DNA from: an uncultured Candidatus Rokubacteria bacterium
GTDB lineage: Bacteria > Methylomirabilota > Methylomirabilia > Rokubacteriales > DASRDR01
DNA: 64,000 bases
Reading direction: 5' to 3'
Assembly (NCBI GenBank): GCA_963708025.1
Contig: CAVPSB010000019.1
Span: 32,001-96,000 of the forward strand
Part shown: piece after piece, positions 30,789-40,894 of the stretch
Layout: each line of letters starts with the position of its first letter
How positions within the stretch are numbered: position 1 is the stretch's first letter
The notes under the pieces: model-generated
What the model was told of the DNA's origin: nothing
What the model saw: only the letters and a program-made list of their open reading frames with translations
Databases searched by the model: none
Position numbers and translations under genes: made by a program

Positions 30789-32492
30789 CTACTGGGCCAC
30801 GGCGCGCTCGCCGACGGGGGTGCCCCGCCCGAGCCGCGTCGCCAGCGCGATTGCCGCCGTGATGATGACCATGCTGAGTATCGCCAGCGCGGCGACCGGC
30901 TCCAGGTAGCCGGTCTCGTAGAGGTTGTAGACCGCCACCGCCAGCGTGATCGACTCCGAGCTGAACAGGAGGATCGACGCGGACAGCTCCTGGATGGCCG
31001 GCACGAACACCAGGAGCCAGCCGGCGAACAGGCCGGGGCGGGTGAGCGGCACCGTGATGCTCCGGAGCGTCTTGCCCCAGCCGGCGCCGGTGATGCGGGC
31101 CGTCTCCTCGAGCGAGGGGTCCACCTGGCGGAAGGCGGCGCTGGCGGCGCGGACCGCCAGCGGGATGTAGCGCCCGGTGTAGGCGAGCCCCAGGATCGCG
31201 AGCGTGCCGTAGAGCGGGACCGGCATTCGGAGCCAGAACTGGAGGAGGGCCACCGCCACCACGATCCCCGGCAGCCCGAGCGGCACCAGCGAGGCGTAGT
31301 CGAGCCACCGCCGGCCGGGCAGGTCGCTCCGCAGGTCGAGCCAGCCGATCAGCGTGCCGAGCCCGATGGTGACCGTGGCGGCGGCGGCGGCCAGGAGGAG
31401 GCTGTTGGCGATCGCCCGGCGGGTCACGTCGTACTCGAAGAGGATGAAGCGGTAGTGGCGGAGCGTGAGGTTCTGCCAGAAGTCGAGGCCCCACGACCGG
31501 CTCAGCGAGACGGCGAGCAGCGTGAGGTAGGGCGCGGCGACGGCCACCAGGAAGACCAGCCCGCAGAAGGCGAGGAGCCCGAAGCGGGCGGGGCCCAGCG
31601 CGATCAGGCGGGGCCGGGTGGCCTTGCCGCCCAGCGTCACGTAGGAGCGCCGGGCCAGGTAGCGGCGCTGGAGGGCCAGCGCGGCGACGGTGATGGCGAC
31701 GAAGACCAGCGACAGCGCCGAGGCGAGCCCGTACTGGGGCGGATAGTCGAAGAGGGCGTAGATCCGGGTCGGCAGCGTGAAGACCCGGCCGGGCAGGCCG
31801 ACGATGGCCTGGGAGCCGAAGAGCGCGATGGCGTTCACGAAGGCCAGGAGGGCGCCGGAGAGCACCGCCGGCGCCACCAGCGGCGTCGTGATGGCCCGGG
31901 CGGTGTGCCAGCGGCCCGAGCCGAGGATCTGGGCCGACTCCTCCATGGACGCGTCGACCGAGGCGAGGGCGCTGGTCGCCAGCAGGTAGACGAACGGGAA
32001 CGCGTGGGGCACCGTGACCAGGACCAGGCCGGGCATCGAGAAGACGTTGAAGGTGAGCGCCGGCCAGCCCAGCACGTCGCGGACGAAGCGGTTGACCAGG
32101 CCGGCGTTCGGGCTGAACAGGTAGACGAAGGCGATGGCGGTGAGGAACGGGGGCGTGATGTAGGCCACGGTGGCGGTCAGATGGATGAACCGCTTGCCGG
32201 GGACGTCGGTGCGGCTCGCGGCCCACGCCAGCGGCAGGCCGATGGCGACGCTCAGCACGGCCGTCCAGGTGCCGAGGACGAGCGAGTTCCAGAGGGCCTG
32301 GACGTAGAGGCGGCTTCCGAGGGCCTGCCGGAAGTGCTCGAGGGTGAGCCGGCCGCCGGCGGTCACGCTCCCCCAGGCGAGCGAGGCCAGGGGGAGGACG
32401 ACCAGCACGAGCAGGGCGAGCGCGGCGACGCCGAGCGCGACGTGCTCGGGGGTGAGTCTCCGCGGTGTCCGGACCATGAGACGCACCGTCAT
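30789..32492 (-). CDS. Iron-type ABC fused permease (FbpB-like)
   Basis: Two EAA-like loops (VDASMEESAQILG, VDPSLEETARITG). Confidence 0.92.
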   Translation of the reverse strand: MTVRLMVRTPRRLTPEHVALGVAALALLVLVVLPLASLAWGSVTAGGRLTLEHFRQALGSRLYVQALWNSLVLGTWTAVLSVAIGLPLAWAASRTDVPGKRFIHLTATVAYITPPFLTAIAFVYLFSPNAGLVNRFVRDVLGWPALTFNVFSMPGLVLVTVPHAFPFVYLLATSALASVDASMEESAQILGSGRWHTARAITTPLVAPAVLSGALLAFVNAIALFGSQAIVGLPGRVFTLPTRIYALFDYPPQYGLASALSLVFVAITVAALALQRRYLARRSYVTLGGKATRPRLIALGPARFGLLAFCGLVFLVAVAAPYLTLLAVSLSRSWGLDFWQNLTLRHYRFILFEYDVTRRAIANSLLLAAAAATVTIGLGTLIGWLDLRSDLPGRRWLDYASLVPLGLPGIVVAVALLQFWLRMPVPLYGTLAILGLAYTGRYIPLAVRAASAAFRQVDPSLEETARITGAGWGKTLRSITVPLTRPGLFAGWLLVFVPAIQELSASILLFSSESITLAVAVYNLYETGYLEPVAALAILSMVIITAAIALATRLGRGTPVGERAVAQ

Positions 32493-32506
32493 TCCAACGC
32501 TCTGTT

Positions 32507-32597
32507 CCCTCTCCCCTCTGGGGAGAGGGTTAGGGTGAGGGGGAAGCCATGCCCCCCTATCGACCCTCACCCCTTCCTCTCCCTGGAAGGGAGAGGA
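32507..32597. repeat. Repeat family C (CCCTCTCCCC-GGGGAGAGGG-GGGTGAGGG), inverted pair
   Basis: CCCTCTCCCCTCTGGGGAGAGGGTTAGGGTGAGGGG, then CCCTCACCCCTTCCTCTCCCTGGAAGGGAGAGG. Confidence 0.7.
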
Positions 32598-32651
32598 GCG
32601 GAGGACTCCAGGCACGGGGAGCGATGGGCCTGGTGGGGGGTCAGTGCGGCG

Positions 32652-32804
32652 CTAGCTCGCCCGCTTCATGATCTCGTGCCCGCACGTCGGGCACTTGTAC
32701 CGCGTGATGCGCCGGTCCAGGTCGTGCTTCCGGGCGGGGCCGGGCGGCATCGGTTCCCCCCGGCCGGTGCATTTCGGGGTCGGACACTTCGGCGGCTCCG
32801 CCAT
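32652..32804 (-). CDS. 50-aa putative zinc-ribbon microprotein
   Basis: AGGAGG-N5-ATG; MAEPPKCPTPKCTGRGEPMPPGPARKHDLDRRITRYKCPTCGHEIMKRAS; below ORF-track cutoff. Confidence 0.7.
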   Translation of the reverse strand: MAEPPKCPTPKCTGRGEPMPPGPARKHDLDRRITRYKCPTCGHEIMKRAS

Positions 32805-32869
32805 GACGGCCTCCTGCTAGGTTGGGTTCACACCAGACCGGTTGCCTACCTTACCACGACCCCCCTGGC

Positions 32870-32899
32870 TTGACGCGACTGGCCGCGCCCGCGTAGAGT
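32870..32899 (+). promoter_or_regulatory. Putative sigma70 promoter of the peptide ABC operon
   Basis: TTGACG-N18-TAGAGT. Confidence 0.4.
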
Positions 32900-32970
32900 C
32901 CGGCCAGTCAGCTTGCCAGCTCGCGTCCCGGGGGGAGGCCGCCCGGGCGCTCACCAGAAAGGAGTCGGGC

Positions 32971-34566
32971 ATGACCAAGCGGTTTCTGATTCTCGTCGCG
33001 GCGCTGGTCGTGACGGCCTGGCCCGGAGGGCCGGCCGGAGCGGCCACGCCGAAAGACACCGTCGTGATGGCCAAGCAGATCGACGACATCATCTCGTTCG
33101 ACCCGGCCGAGTCGTTCGAGTTCTCGGGGAGCGAGGCCATCGGCAACATCTACGAGCGGCTGATCGCCTACGACCTCAAGAACGTGAGCCAGCTCAAGGG
33201 CGAGCTGGCCGAGTCGTGGGGCGTCGCCGAGGACGGGAAGACCTACACCTTCAAGATGCGCAAGGGCCCCAAGTTCCACTCGGGCAACCCGGTCACGGCG
33301 AAGGACGCCGCCTGGTCGCTCCAGCGGGCGGTCGCCCTGAACAAGTCGCCCGGCTTCATCCTGACCCAGTTCGGCTTCAGCAAGGACAACATGGCGGCGC
33401 GCATCCGGGCGGTCGACGACCAGACCCTCGTGATCGAGACGGCCGACGCGGTGGCGCCGACCTTCTTCTACTACTGCCTGACCGCCGTCGTCGGCGGCAT
33501 CGTGGACAGCAAGGTGGTCCAGGGCCACGACAAGGGCGGCGACTTCGGCAACGAGTGGCTGAAGACCAACTCGGCCGGGTCCGGGCCGTTCAAGCTCGTG
33601 ACCTGGAAGCCGAACGAGTCCTACACGCTGGCCCGCCACGACGACTACTGGGGCCCGACCAAGGCCGTGGCCCGCCGGGTGGTCGTCCGGCACATCCCGG
33701 AGCCCGCCACTCAGCGGCTGCTGCTCGAGAAGGGCGACGTCGACTACGCCCGGAACCTGACCAAGGACCAGCTCGACGCGATCAAGGGGAACGCCAACGT
33801 CGTGGTCCAGCAGGCGCCGAAGGGGGCGATCCTCTATCTCGGGCTCAACCAGAAGAACCCGAACCTGGCCAAGCCCGAGGTGCGGGAGGCGCTCAAGTAC
33901 CTGGTCGACTACGACAGCATGGAGCAGAACATCCTGCGGGGCCAGTTCATCACCCACCAGGCGTTCCTGCCCCGTGGCTTCCTGGGCGCGATCGACGACC
34001 GGCCCTACAAGTTCGATCTGGAGCGGGCCAAGGGGCTCCTGGCCAAGGCCGGGCTCCCGAACGGCTTCAGCGTGACGATGGACACCCGCAACAACTCGCC
34101 GATCATCGACATCGCCCAGGCGATCCAGGCGAGCTGGGCCAAGGCGGGCGTCAAGCTCGAGATCATCCCGGGTGACGGCAAGCAGACGCTGACCAAGTAC
34201 CGGGCCCGCAACCACGACATCTACATCGGCCAGTGGGGACCGGACTACCAGGACCCCCACACCAACGCCGAGACCTTCGCCATGAACGTGGACAACTCCG
34301 ACACCGCCAAGTCGAAGACGCTGGCCTGGCGTAACTCGTGGGACATCCCGGACATGTCGAAGGTGACCCAGGCCGCGGTGCGCGAGCGTGACGCCAAGAA
34401 GCGTGAGGCCACGTACCGGGAGCTCCAGCGGGAGCACCAGAAGGTCTCGCCGTTCGTGATCATGTTCCAGCAGAGCGATGTCGCCGCCCACGCGAAGGGC
34501 GTGGACGGCTTCGTCATGGGTCCGAGCTTCGAAAACAACCTCTACTACGCCATCAAGAAAAACTAG
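32971..34566 (+). CDS. dppA: Dipeptide/oligopeptide ABC substrate-binding protein (family 5)
   Basis: Signal peptide; SFDPAE, GELAESW, KFHSGNPVTAKD, GSGPFKL. Confidence 0.9.
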   Translation: MTKRFLILVAALVVTAWPGGPAGAATPKDTVVMAKQIDDIISFDPAESFEFSGSEAIGNIYERLIAYDLKNVSQLKGELAESWGVAEDGKTYTFKMRKGPKFHSGNPVTAKDAAWSLQRAVALNKSPGFILTQFGFSKDNMAARIRAVDDQTLVIETADAVAPTFFYYCLTAVVGGIVDSKVVQGHDKGGDFGNEWLKTNSAGSGPFKLVTWKPNESYTLARHDDYWGPTKAVARRVVVRHIPEPATQRLLLEKGDVDYARNLTKDQLDAIKGNANVVVQQAPKGAILYLGLNQKNPNLAKPEVREALKYLVDYDSMEQNILRGQFITHQAFLPRGFLGAIDDRPYKFDLERAKGLLAKAGLPNGFSVTMDTRNNSPIIDIAQAIQASWAKAGVKLEIIPGDGKQTLTKYRARNHDIYIGQWGPDYQDPHTNAETFAMNVDNSDTAKSKTLAWRNSWDIPDMSKVTQAAVRERDAKKREATYRELQREHQKVSPFVIMFQQSDVAAHAKGVDGFVMGPSFENNLYYAIKKN

Positions 34567-34634
34567 CCGGGTGGCGAAGTAACCGGCACAGTGCTCTGGG
34601 TGGCCGGCCACCGCAACCCATCCTGGGCGAGGTT

Positions 34635-34663
34635 TCGGAGGGGGCCGTTGAGGCCCCCTCCGA
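34635..34663. repeat. REP-like 12-bp stem-loop after the SBP gene
   Basis: TCGGAGGGGGCC-gttga-GGCCCCCTCCGA. Confidence 0.6.
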
Positions 34664-34675
34664 TCGTCTAGCCAC

Positions 34676-35734
34676 GTGGCGGGAGAGACCGGTCGCGCCG
34701 GGGTGCCGGCGGCGGGCGGCCGCGCGCGGCTCGTCCGCCGGGTGGCGGCGCTCGCCGGGTCCGTCGCCCTCACCTTCCTCGGGCTCCTGCTCGTCACCTT
34801 CCTGATCGGCCGCGTGGTCCCGATCGACCCCGTGCTGGCCGCGGTCGGCGACCGGGCCCCGGCCGAGGTCTACGAGCGGGTGCGGCGGGAGCTGGGGCTC
34901 GACCGGCCGCTGCCCGAGCAGTTCTGGCGCTACGTCACGCAGGTCGGGCGCGGCGACTTCGGGCGGTCGGTCCTCACCTCCCACCTGGTCCTCGACGACA
35001 TCAGGCGGGTCTTCCCGGCGACCCTCGAGCTGGCCACGGTGGCGACGCTGATCGGCGTCGTGCTCGGCGTGCCGATGGGCGTGCTGGCGGCGGTCAACCG
35101 GGCCCGCTGGCCGGATCAGGTGATCCGCGTGGTCGGGCTGGTCGGGTATTCGGTTCCGGTGTTCTGGCTCGGGCTGGTCGGGCTGCTGCTCTTCTACGCG
35201 CGGCTCGGGTGGGTGGCCGGCCCCGGCCGGCTGGACGTCGTGTTCGACGACGTCGTGCCACCGATGACCGGGGTCATCCTGCTCGACTCCGCGCTGGCCG
35301 GGGAGTGGGACGTCTTCGCCTCCGCGCTGCGCCACGTGATCCTGCCCGCGTCGATCCTCGGCTACTTCTCGCTGGCGTACATCAGCCGCATGACGCGGAG
35401 CTTCATGCTGGCCGAGCTGGGGAAGGAGTACGTCACGACGGCGCGGGTCAAGGGCCTGTCGGAGCGCCGCGTGGTCTGGCGTCACGCGCTCGGCAACGTG
35501 CTGGTGCCCCTCATCACGGTGATCGCGCTCGCCTACGCCAACCTGCTCGAGGGCTCGGTGCTGACCGAGACCGTCTTCGCCTGGCCCGGCCTCGGCCAGT
35601 ACATCACCAGCTCGCTCCTCAGCGCGGACATGAACGCCGTGCTCGGCGGCACGATCGTGGTGGGCGGCGTGTTCATCGGGCTGAACCTGCTCTCGGACCT
35701 GCTGTACCGGGTCGTCGACCCGAGGGCGCGATGA
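34676..35734 (+). CDS. dppB: Peptide ABC permease
   Basis: LGLDRPL, GDFGRS, EYVTTARVKGL, ETVFAWPGLG. Confidence 0.92.
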   Translation: MAGETGRAGVPAAGGRARLVRRVAALAGSVALTFLGLLLVTFLIGRVVPIDPVLAAVGDRAPAEVYERVRRELGLDRPLPEQFWRYVTQVGRGDFGRSVLTSHLVLDDIRRVFPATLELATVATLIGVVLGVPMGVLAAVNRARWPDQVIRVVGLVGYSVPVFWLGLVGLLLFYARLGWVAGPGRLDVVFDDVVPPMTGVILLDSALAGEWDVFASALRHVILPASILGYFSLAYISRMTRSFMLAELGKEYVTTARVKGLSERRVVWRHALGNVLVPLITVIALAYANLLEGSVLTETVFAWPGLGQYITSSLLSADMNAVLGGTIVVGGVFIGLNLLSDLLYRVVDPRAR

Positions 35735-36639
35735 GCGTGTATCTGGAGAACAGAGTGCGCGCCTGGCTGGTCACCGAGACCCCGCGCTCGCGGTGGCAGG
35801 CCCGGCTCGGCCAGGCCTTCGTGGCCTGGCGGGTCCTGCTCCGGAACTCGCTGGCGCTGGTGGGGCTGGCCATCGTCACCACACTGCTGATGGTCGCCGC
35901 CCTGGCGCCGGCGCTGACGACCCACTCCCCGATCGCCCAGGACCTGGGGAAGCGCCTGCAGCCGCCCGGCCCCACCCACTGGCTCGGGACGGACGAGCTG
36001 GGTCGCGACATCTGCGCCCGCGTGCTCTACGGCGCCCGCATCACGCTCGTCATCGTCGGGCTGGTGGTGGTGATGGTGGCCCCGGTCGGGCTCCTGGTCG
36101 GCACCGCCGCCGGCTACGTCGGAGGCTGGCTCGACGCCGTCCTCATGCGCGTCACCGACGTCTTCCTGGCCTTCCCGCGGCTGATCCTGGCGCTGGCCTT
36201 CGTCTCCGCGCTGGGCCCGGGCATCGAGAACGCGGTCATCGCCATCGCCTTCACCGCGTGGCCGCCGTACGCGCGCATCGCGCGGGCCGAGACGCTGACC
36301 ATCCGCAACAGCGACTTCATCAGCGCGATCCGCATCCAGGGAGCCGGACCGGTCCGCGTCGTGCTCCGCCACGTCGTGCCCCTCTGCACGTCGTCGGTGA
36401 TCGTCCGCCTCACGCTGGACATGGCCGGGATCATCCTGACCGCCGCCGGCCTCGGCTTCCTGGGCCTCGGGGCCCAGCCGCCGTCGCCGGAGTGGGGGGC
36501 CATGATCGCGTCGGGCCGCAAGTTTCTCCTCGACCAGTGGTGGGTGGCCACCATCCCCGGCATCGCGATCTTCGTCGTCAGCCTCGGCTTCAACCTGCTG
36601 GGGGATGGCCTCCGCGACATCCTCGACCCCAAGGGGTAG
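35731..36639 (+). CDS. dppC: Peptide ABC permease
   Basis: HWLGTDELGRD, LGFLGLGAQPPSPEWG, FNLLGDGLRD. Confidence 0.92.
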   Translation: MSVYLENRVRAWLVTETPRSRWQARLGQAFVAWRVLLRNSLALVGLAIVTTLLMVAALAPALTTHSPIAQDLGKRLQPPGPTHWLGTDELGRDICARVLYGARITLVIVGLVVVMVAPVGLLVGTAAGYVGGWLDAVLMRVTDVFLAFPRLILALAFVSALGPGIENAVIAIAFTAWPPYARIARAETLTIRNSDFISAIRIQGAGPVRVVLRHVVPLCTSSVIVRLTLDMAGIILTAAGLGFLGLGAQPPSPEWGAMIASGRKFLLDQWWVATIPGIAIFVVSLGFNLLGDGLRDILDPKG

Positions 36640-36640
36640 A

Positions 36641-36787
36641 GCGGGGCCGATGAGCTTCGCATCGCGTCGTCGTTCGGACGGCCTTCGGCCTTTGGGGTCG
36701 TCGCCGATCCTCGGCGTACAAGGAGTACGCCTGCGGTCGGCGACTCCCTGCGTCCTAGCGCGCTGCTCGCTCCTCGGCCCCGCGCTC
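36641..36787 (+). repeat. Repeat family A, copy with GGCCTTCGGCC insert
   Basis: GCGGGGCCGATGAGC...GGCGTACAAGGAGTACGCCTGCGGTCGGCGACTCCCTGCGTCCTAGCG. Confidence 0.88.
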
Positions 36788-36883
36788 GAGGACTTGACTC
36801 ATCTGCCATGAGTATGGCGCTTCAAGGGACCTAGCCGTGGCCGATCGCCTTCGCATCCCGCCGGCCTCGGCTGGGGAGAGACG

Positions 36884-37741
36884 GTGAGCGCCGAGCGGCC
36901 GCTGCTCGCCGTGGAGGACCTGTGGGTCCGCTTTCCCGGACAGCGGGCGGCGGTGGACGCGGTGCGGGGGATCGGCTTCACGATGGGCCGGGAGAAGCTC
37001 GGCATCGTCGGCGAATCGGGGTCGGGCAAGTCGATGACCGGACGCGCCGTGCTCCGGCTGGTGCCCCGGCCGGGACGCATGAGCGTGTCCCGGCTCGAGT
37101 TCGACGGCGTGAGCCTCGCCGCGATGGACGAGCCGGCGATGCGCCGGATCCGCGGCCGCCGGATCTCGATGGTCATGCAGGACGCGAAGTTCTCGCTCAA
37201 CCCTGTGATGACGGTCGGCCAGCAGATCGACGAGGCCTACCGAGCGCACGCCGACGTCCAGGCCGGCGAGGCCCGGCGGCGGACGCTCGAGATGCTGGCG
37301 GCCGTCCGCATCCGCGATCCCGAGCGGGTGTATCGGGCGTATCCCCACGAGCTGTCGGGCGGGATGGGCCAGCGGGTCATGATCGCGATGATGCTGAGCC
37401 CCGACCCCGACCTGCTGATCGCCGACGAGCCCACGTCCGCCCTCGACGTCACCGTGCAGCTCCAGGTCCTCGCCATCCTCGACGACCTGGTCAGCCGGCG
37501 CGGCATGGGGCTCGTCTTCATCAGCCACGACCTCAACCTGGTCGCCTCCTTCTGCGACCGGGTGCTGATCATGTACGGGGGTCGCATCGTGGAGACCTGC
37601 CCGGCGGCGGCGCTCCACGAGGCACGGCACCCCTACACGCGCGGGCTGCTCGCCTCGCTGCCGCGGGTGGACCGGCCGGTGCCCGAGCTGGCGGTCCTGG
37701 AGCGCGACCCGGCGTGGCTCCACGACGGGGCGGCGCCGTGA
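36884..37741 (+). CDS. dppD: Peptide ABC ATP-binding protein
   Basis: GESGSGKS, YPHELSGGMGQR, HPYTRGLL. Confidence 0.92.
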   Translation: MSAERPLLAVEDLWVRFPGQRAAVDAVRGIGFTMGREKLGIVGESGSGKSMTGRAVLRLVPRPGRMSVSRLEFDGVSLAAMDEPAMRRIRGRRISMVMQDAKFSLNPVMTVGQQIDEAYRAHADVQAGEARRRTLEMLAAVRIRDPERVYRAYPHELSGGMGQRVMIAMMLSPDPDLLIADEPTSALDVTVQLQVLAILDDLVSRRGMGLVFISHDLNLVASFCDRVLIMYGGRIVETCPAAALHEARHPYTRGLLASLPRVDRPVPELAVLERDPAWLHDGAAP

Positions 37742-38538
37742 GCGCCGTCCCCGCGATCGAGGTGGAGGAGCTGGCGGTCACGTTCGGGCACGGCGCCTCG
37801 GCGGTGGCGGCCGTGCGGGAGGTCTCGTTCCGCGTGGCCGAAGGCGAGGCGTTCGGGCTGGTGGGCGAGTCGGGGACCGGCAAGTCCACGGTGCTGCGGG
37901 CGCTGGTCGGTCTGGTCGAGCCATCGCAGGGCCGGATGACGGTCGGCGGTACCCCTCTGGGCCGGCGGCGGCCGCGGGCGTTCTACAAGCAGGTCCAGAT
38001 GGTCTTCCAGGACCCGTACGGCTCGCTGCATCCCCGTCACACCGTGGACCGGATCCTGTCGGAGCCGATCGCCATCCATCATCTTGGGCGCCTCGGCGAC
38101 GGCGGACGGCGGATCGAGCAAGCACTGGACGACGTGGGGCTGGGGGCGGCCTTCCGCTTCCGCTACCCCCACCAGCTCTCCGGCGGCCAGCGGCAGCGGG
38201 TGGCGATCGCGCGCGCGTTGATCCTCGAGCCGCGGATCCTCCTGCTCGACGAGCCGACCTCGTCCCTCGACGTGTCGATCCAGGCGGAGATCCTGAACCT
38301 GCTGGCCCGGCTGCGCCGGGAGCGCGCCCTGACGCTCGTGCTGGTCAGCCACAACCTGGCGGTGGTGGCCCACCTGTGCGACCGGCTGGCCGTGATGAAC
38401 GCGGGGCGGGTCGTGGAGGAGCTGACGGTGGAGCGGCTTCGGGCGGGCCAGCCCGAGCAGCCGTATACCCGCCAGCTCCTCCAGGCGAGCCTGGGCTACG
38501 ACCGCCGCACCGCCGAGGCGCTGGTCACGTTCGACTGA
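37738..38538 (+). CDS. dppF: Peptide ABC ATP-binding protein
   Basis: GESGTGKS, MVFQDPYGSLHP, YPHQLSGGQRQR. Confidence 0.92.
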   Translation: MSAVPAIEVEELAVTFGHGASAVAAVREVSFRVAEGEAFGLVGESGTGKSTVLRALVGLVEPSQGRMTVGGTPLGRRRPRAFYKQVQMVFQDPYGSLHPRHTVDRILSEPIAIHHLGRLGDGGRRIEQALDDVGLGAAFRFRYPHQLSGGQRQRVAIARALILEPRILLLDEPTSSLDVSIQAEILNLLARLRRERALTLVLVSHNLAVVAHLCDRLAVMNAGRVVEELTVERLRAGQPEQPYTRQLLQASLGYDRRTAEALVTFD

Positions 38539-38622
38539 GAGCGTGGGAAGGAAGGGGTCCTCAGACTCCCCCTCCCCCCAGTGGGTGGGGGAGGGGGGTT
38601 GGGGGGGTGGGCGGGAGGTCCC
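38536..38622 (+). repeat. Repeat family B (G-rich)
   Basis: TGAGAGCGTG...CTCCCCCTCCCCCCAGTGGGTGGGGGAGGGGGGTTGGGGGGGTGGGCGGGAGGTCCC. Confidence 0.85.
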
Positions 38623-38628
38623 AATCGG

Positions 38629-39336
38629 TCACGTGGCCATGGCCTTCCGCTTCCACAGCTCCCACGCGCGCTCGTAGGAGCCGGTCGTTGCCTCGGCCAG
38701 CCGGGCCTCTTCGGCGGCGAGGTAGGTGACCGGCCCGCCCAGCGCGATGGCCTGGCTCTGCAGCCGCGCGTTCAGCTCCATGTAGATGGAGCGGCCGACG
38801 ACGTGGGGCAGGGCCGGGCCCGCGACGACGGCGCCGTGGCCGCGCATGAGCGCCGCCGGGTGGCGGCCGAGGACCACGGCGAGGGCCCGGCCCAGCTCCG
38901 GCGTGCGCACCAGCATATCCGTCATGCCGCCGGTGTCGCGGATCTCGAAGACCGGCACGCCCTCGCCCAGGAACGCGCTCATGTGGTAAAGGGGCCGCAG
39001 CGGCACCCCGCTGACGCCGAAGGGGATCACCGACGGCGAGTGGTGGTGGACGACCGCCTGGACGTCGGGGCGGGACCGGTAGACCTCGCCGTGGATGAAC
39101 CGCTCCAGGTAGAGCCGCTGGCCCCGGTCGCCGTCGATGGGCTTGCTGTCGAGGTCGAACTCGAGCACGTCCTCGGCCCCGACCAGCTCGGGGGCGCGGG
39201 AGCGGGCGAGGAAGTAGCGCTGGGGGTTGGTCGGGTGCCGGACGCTCACGTGGCCGTAGCCGTCGAGCACGCCCTCGATGGCGAGCACGCGGTTGGCGGC
39301 CACGAGATCCTCGATCAGCCGAAGGTCGGCAGCCAT
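38629..39336 (-). CDS. Class II aldolase/adducin family protein
   Basis: GYGHVSVR, ERFIHGEVY, VVHHHS, LMRGHG. Confidence 0.9.
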   Translation of the reverse strand: MAADLRLIEDLVAANRVLAIEGVLDGYGHVSVRHPTNPQRYFLARSRAPELVGAEDVLEFDLDSKPIDGDRGQRLYLERFIHGEVYRSRPDVQAVVHHHSPSVIPFGVSGVPLRPLYHMSAFLGEGVPVFEIRDTGGMTDMLVRTPELGRALAVVLGRHPAALMRGHGAVVAGPALPHVVGRSIYMELNARLQSQAIALGGPVTYLAAEEARLAEATTGSYERAWELWKRKAMAT

Positions 39337-40033
39337 GCAGAGCCTCCTTGTCGGGCCGGAGCGGTCGGGTCGGTTCACGATACACCAACGGCGGAGACGC
39401 TGAAAACCCAAGGCCGCCGCCCGGCGTGGATGGGCTGCGAAAGGGCGGCGAAGTGGCCGTCAGCCGCACCGACAGCCATACCTCTCAGCGGGTTCTCACC
39501 GTCTCGGACGCATCGTTAGGCAATGCCTAACGACGCGAACAGGGCCGCGAGAAACGCCGGAGGACACCAGATCACCGTCTCCGAGTTCGACACCTCCATG
39601 ACTGACCGCCTGGATTCGCCCGACCAGGAAGGGGAGGGCCTTCGACGACGTGCCGGCCGTGCGGGTGGTACGGGCGCCGAGCGCGGTCGGGTCGGAGCTC
39701 GGCGGGTGTCACCCATCAATCCCGGAGGCGGACATTTCGCGGACAACGCGGGCCGGAGGCCGCACGGGAGCGGGGTTGCCCCGGCCCACTGGCTCACACG
39801 TCCAGCTGTCTGGAGACGCCAATTCGCGACTTCGGAGGAGTGGCGAGGCGGGCGGGCCCGGGCGACTACAAAACGCGCCGTGGTACAGCGCGCCGTACCG
39901 CCTCCTCACCATGGGCGTAGCCTCGGCGCACCGAGGCCCCGTATGCACTGTCCCCGGTGCCAGGCTCAGAGCGCCGTGGACGTGCCTGAGTCTCGCGTAG
40001 TCGTCAGGTGTTCCGCCTCGGTAGAGCTGTGAT

Positions 40034-40877
40034 ATGAAGGAGCAGGTCGTCATGGGACTCACCGGTCGGGTCGCCATCGTCACCGGGGCCGCCAAGCCGG
40101 ACGGCATCGGCCACGCCGTCGCCCTCGGGCTCGCTCGGGAGGGCGCCGACGTGGTCGTCGCCGACCTTTACGAGGCCGGCTTTCCCGAGGTCACGCGGGC
40201 GGTCGAGGCCGCCGGCCGACGGTGCCTCTGCGTCCGCGTCGACGTCGCCGATCCCGGGGCGGTGGAGGCGATGGTGAGGCAGGCCGTCGCCGTCTTCGGC
40301 CGCCTCGACGTGCTCGTCAACGGCGTCGGCGGGAGCTGGGGCATCACGCCCGAGGACCTGACCGCGCCGCCACGCCGGGGGTTCGTCGGGCTGACCAACT
40401 GCAGCCTGGACGACTGGCGGACGATTCTTGGCGTCAACCTGTCGGGCGCCTTCCACTGTGCCCGGGCGGTCGCCCCGCACCTCGTGGAGTCGCGCGGCGG
40501 GGCCATCGTCAACTTCGCCTCGGTGGCGGCCCGGAAGGGCCTCGCGCCGGGGAGCGAGGGGAGCAGCGGGCCGTACGCGGTGGCCAAGGCGGGGATCATG
40601 GCGATGACGCGGCAGCTCGCGCTCGAGCTGGCGCCCTACGGGGTCCGGGTCAACTGCGTGGCGCCCGGGCGTCGTCATGAGCGGGCGGGCGCACCGTCTC
40701 ATGGCGGCGGTGGGGAAGGAGCGCGGACCGGAGGGCGGCGTGTCGGCCGTCCCGCTCGGTCGCTTCGCCACGGTCGGCGAGGTCGCCGAGCTGGTGGTCG
40801 CCCTCTGCAGCGACGAGACGGGCTACATGACCGGGGGTGACGCGTCGAACGTCAACGGCGGCTCTTACATCGCCTGA
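40034..40877 (+). CDS. SDR oxidoreductase, frameshifts near 40670 and 40838
   Basis: VTGAAKPDGIG, YAVAKAG, VNCVAPG, NVNGGSY. Confidence 0.85.
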
Positions 40878-40894
40878 CCTCACGGGGCGAGCGG

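Noticed and set aside
39523-40032. 169-aa ORF
   Set aside because: Low-complexity composition and no family features beyond the short CPRC stub
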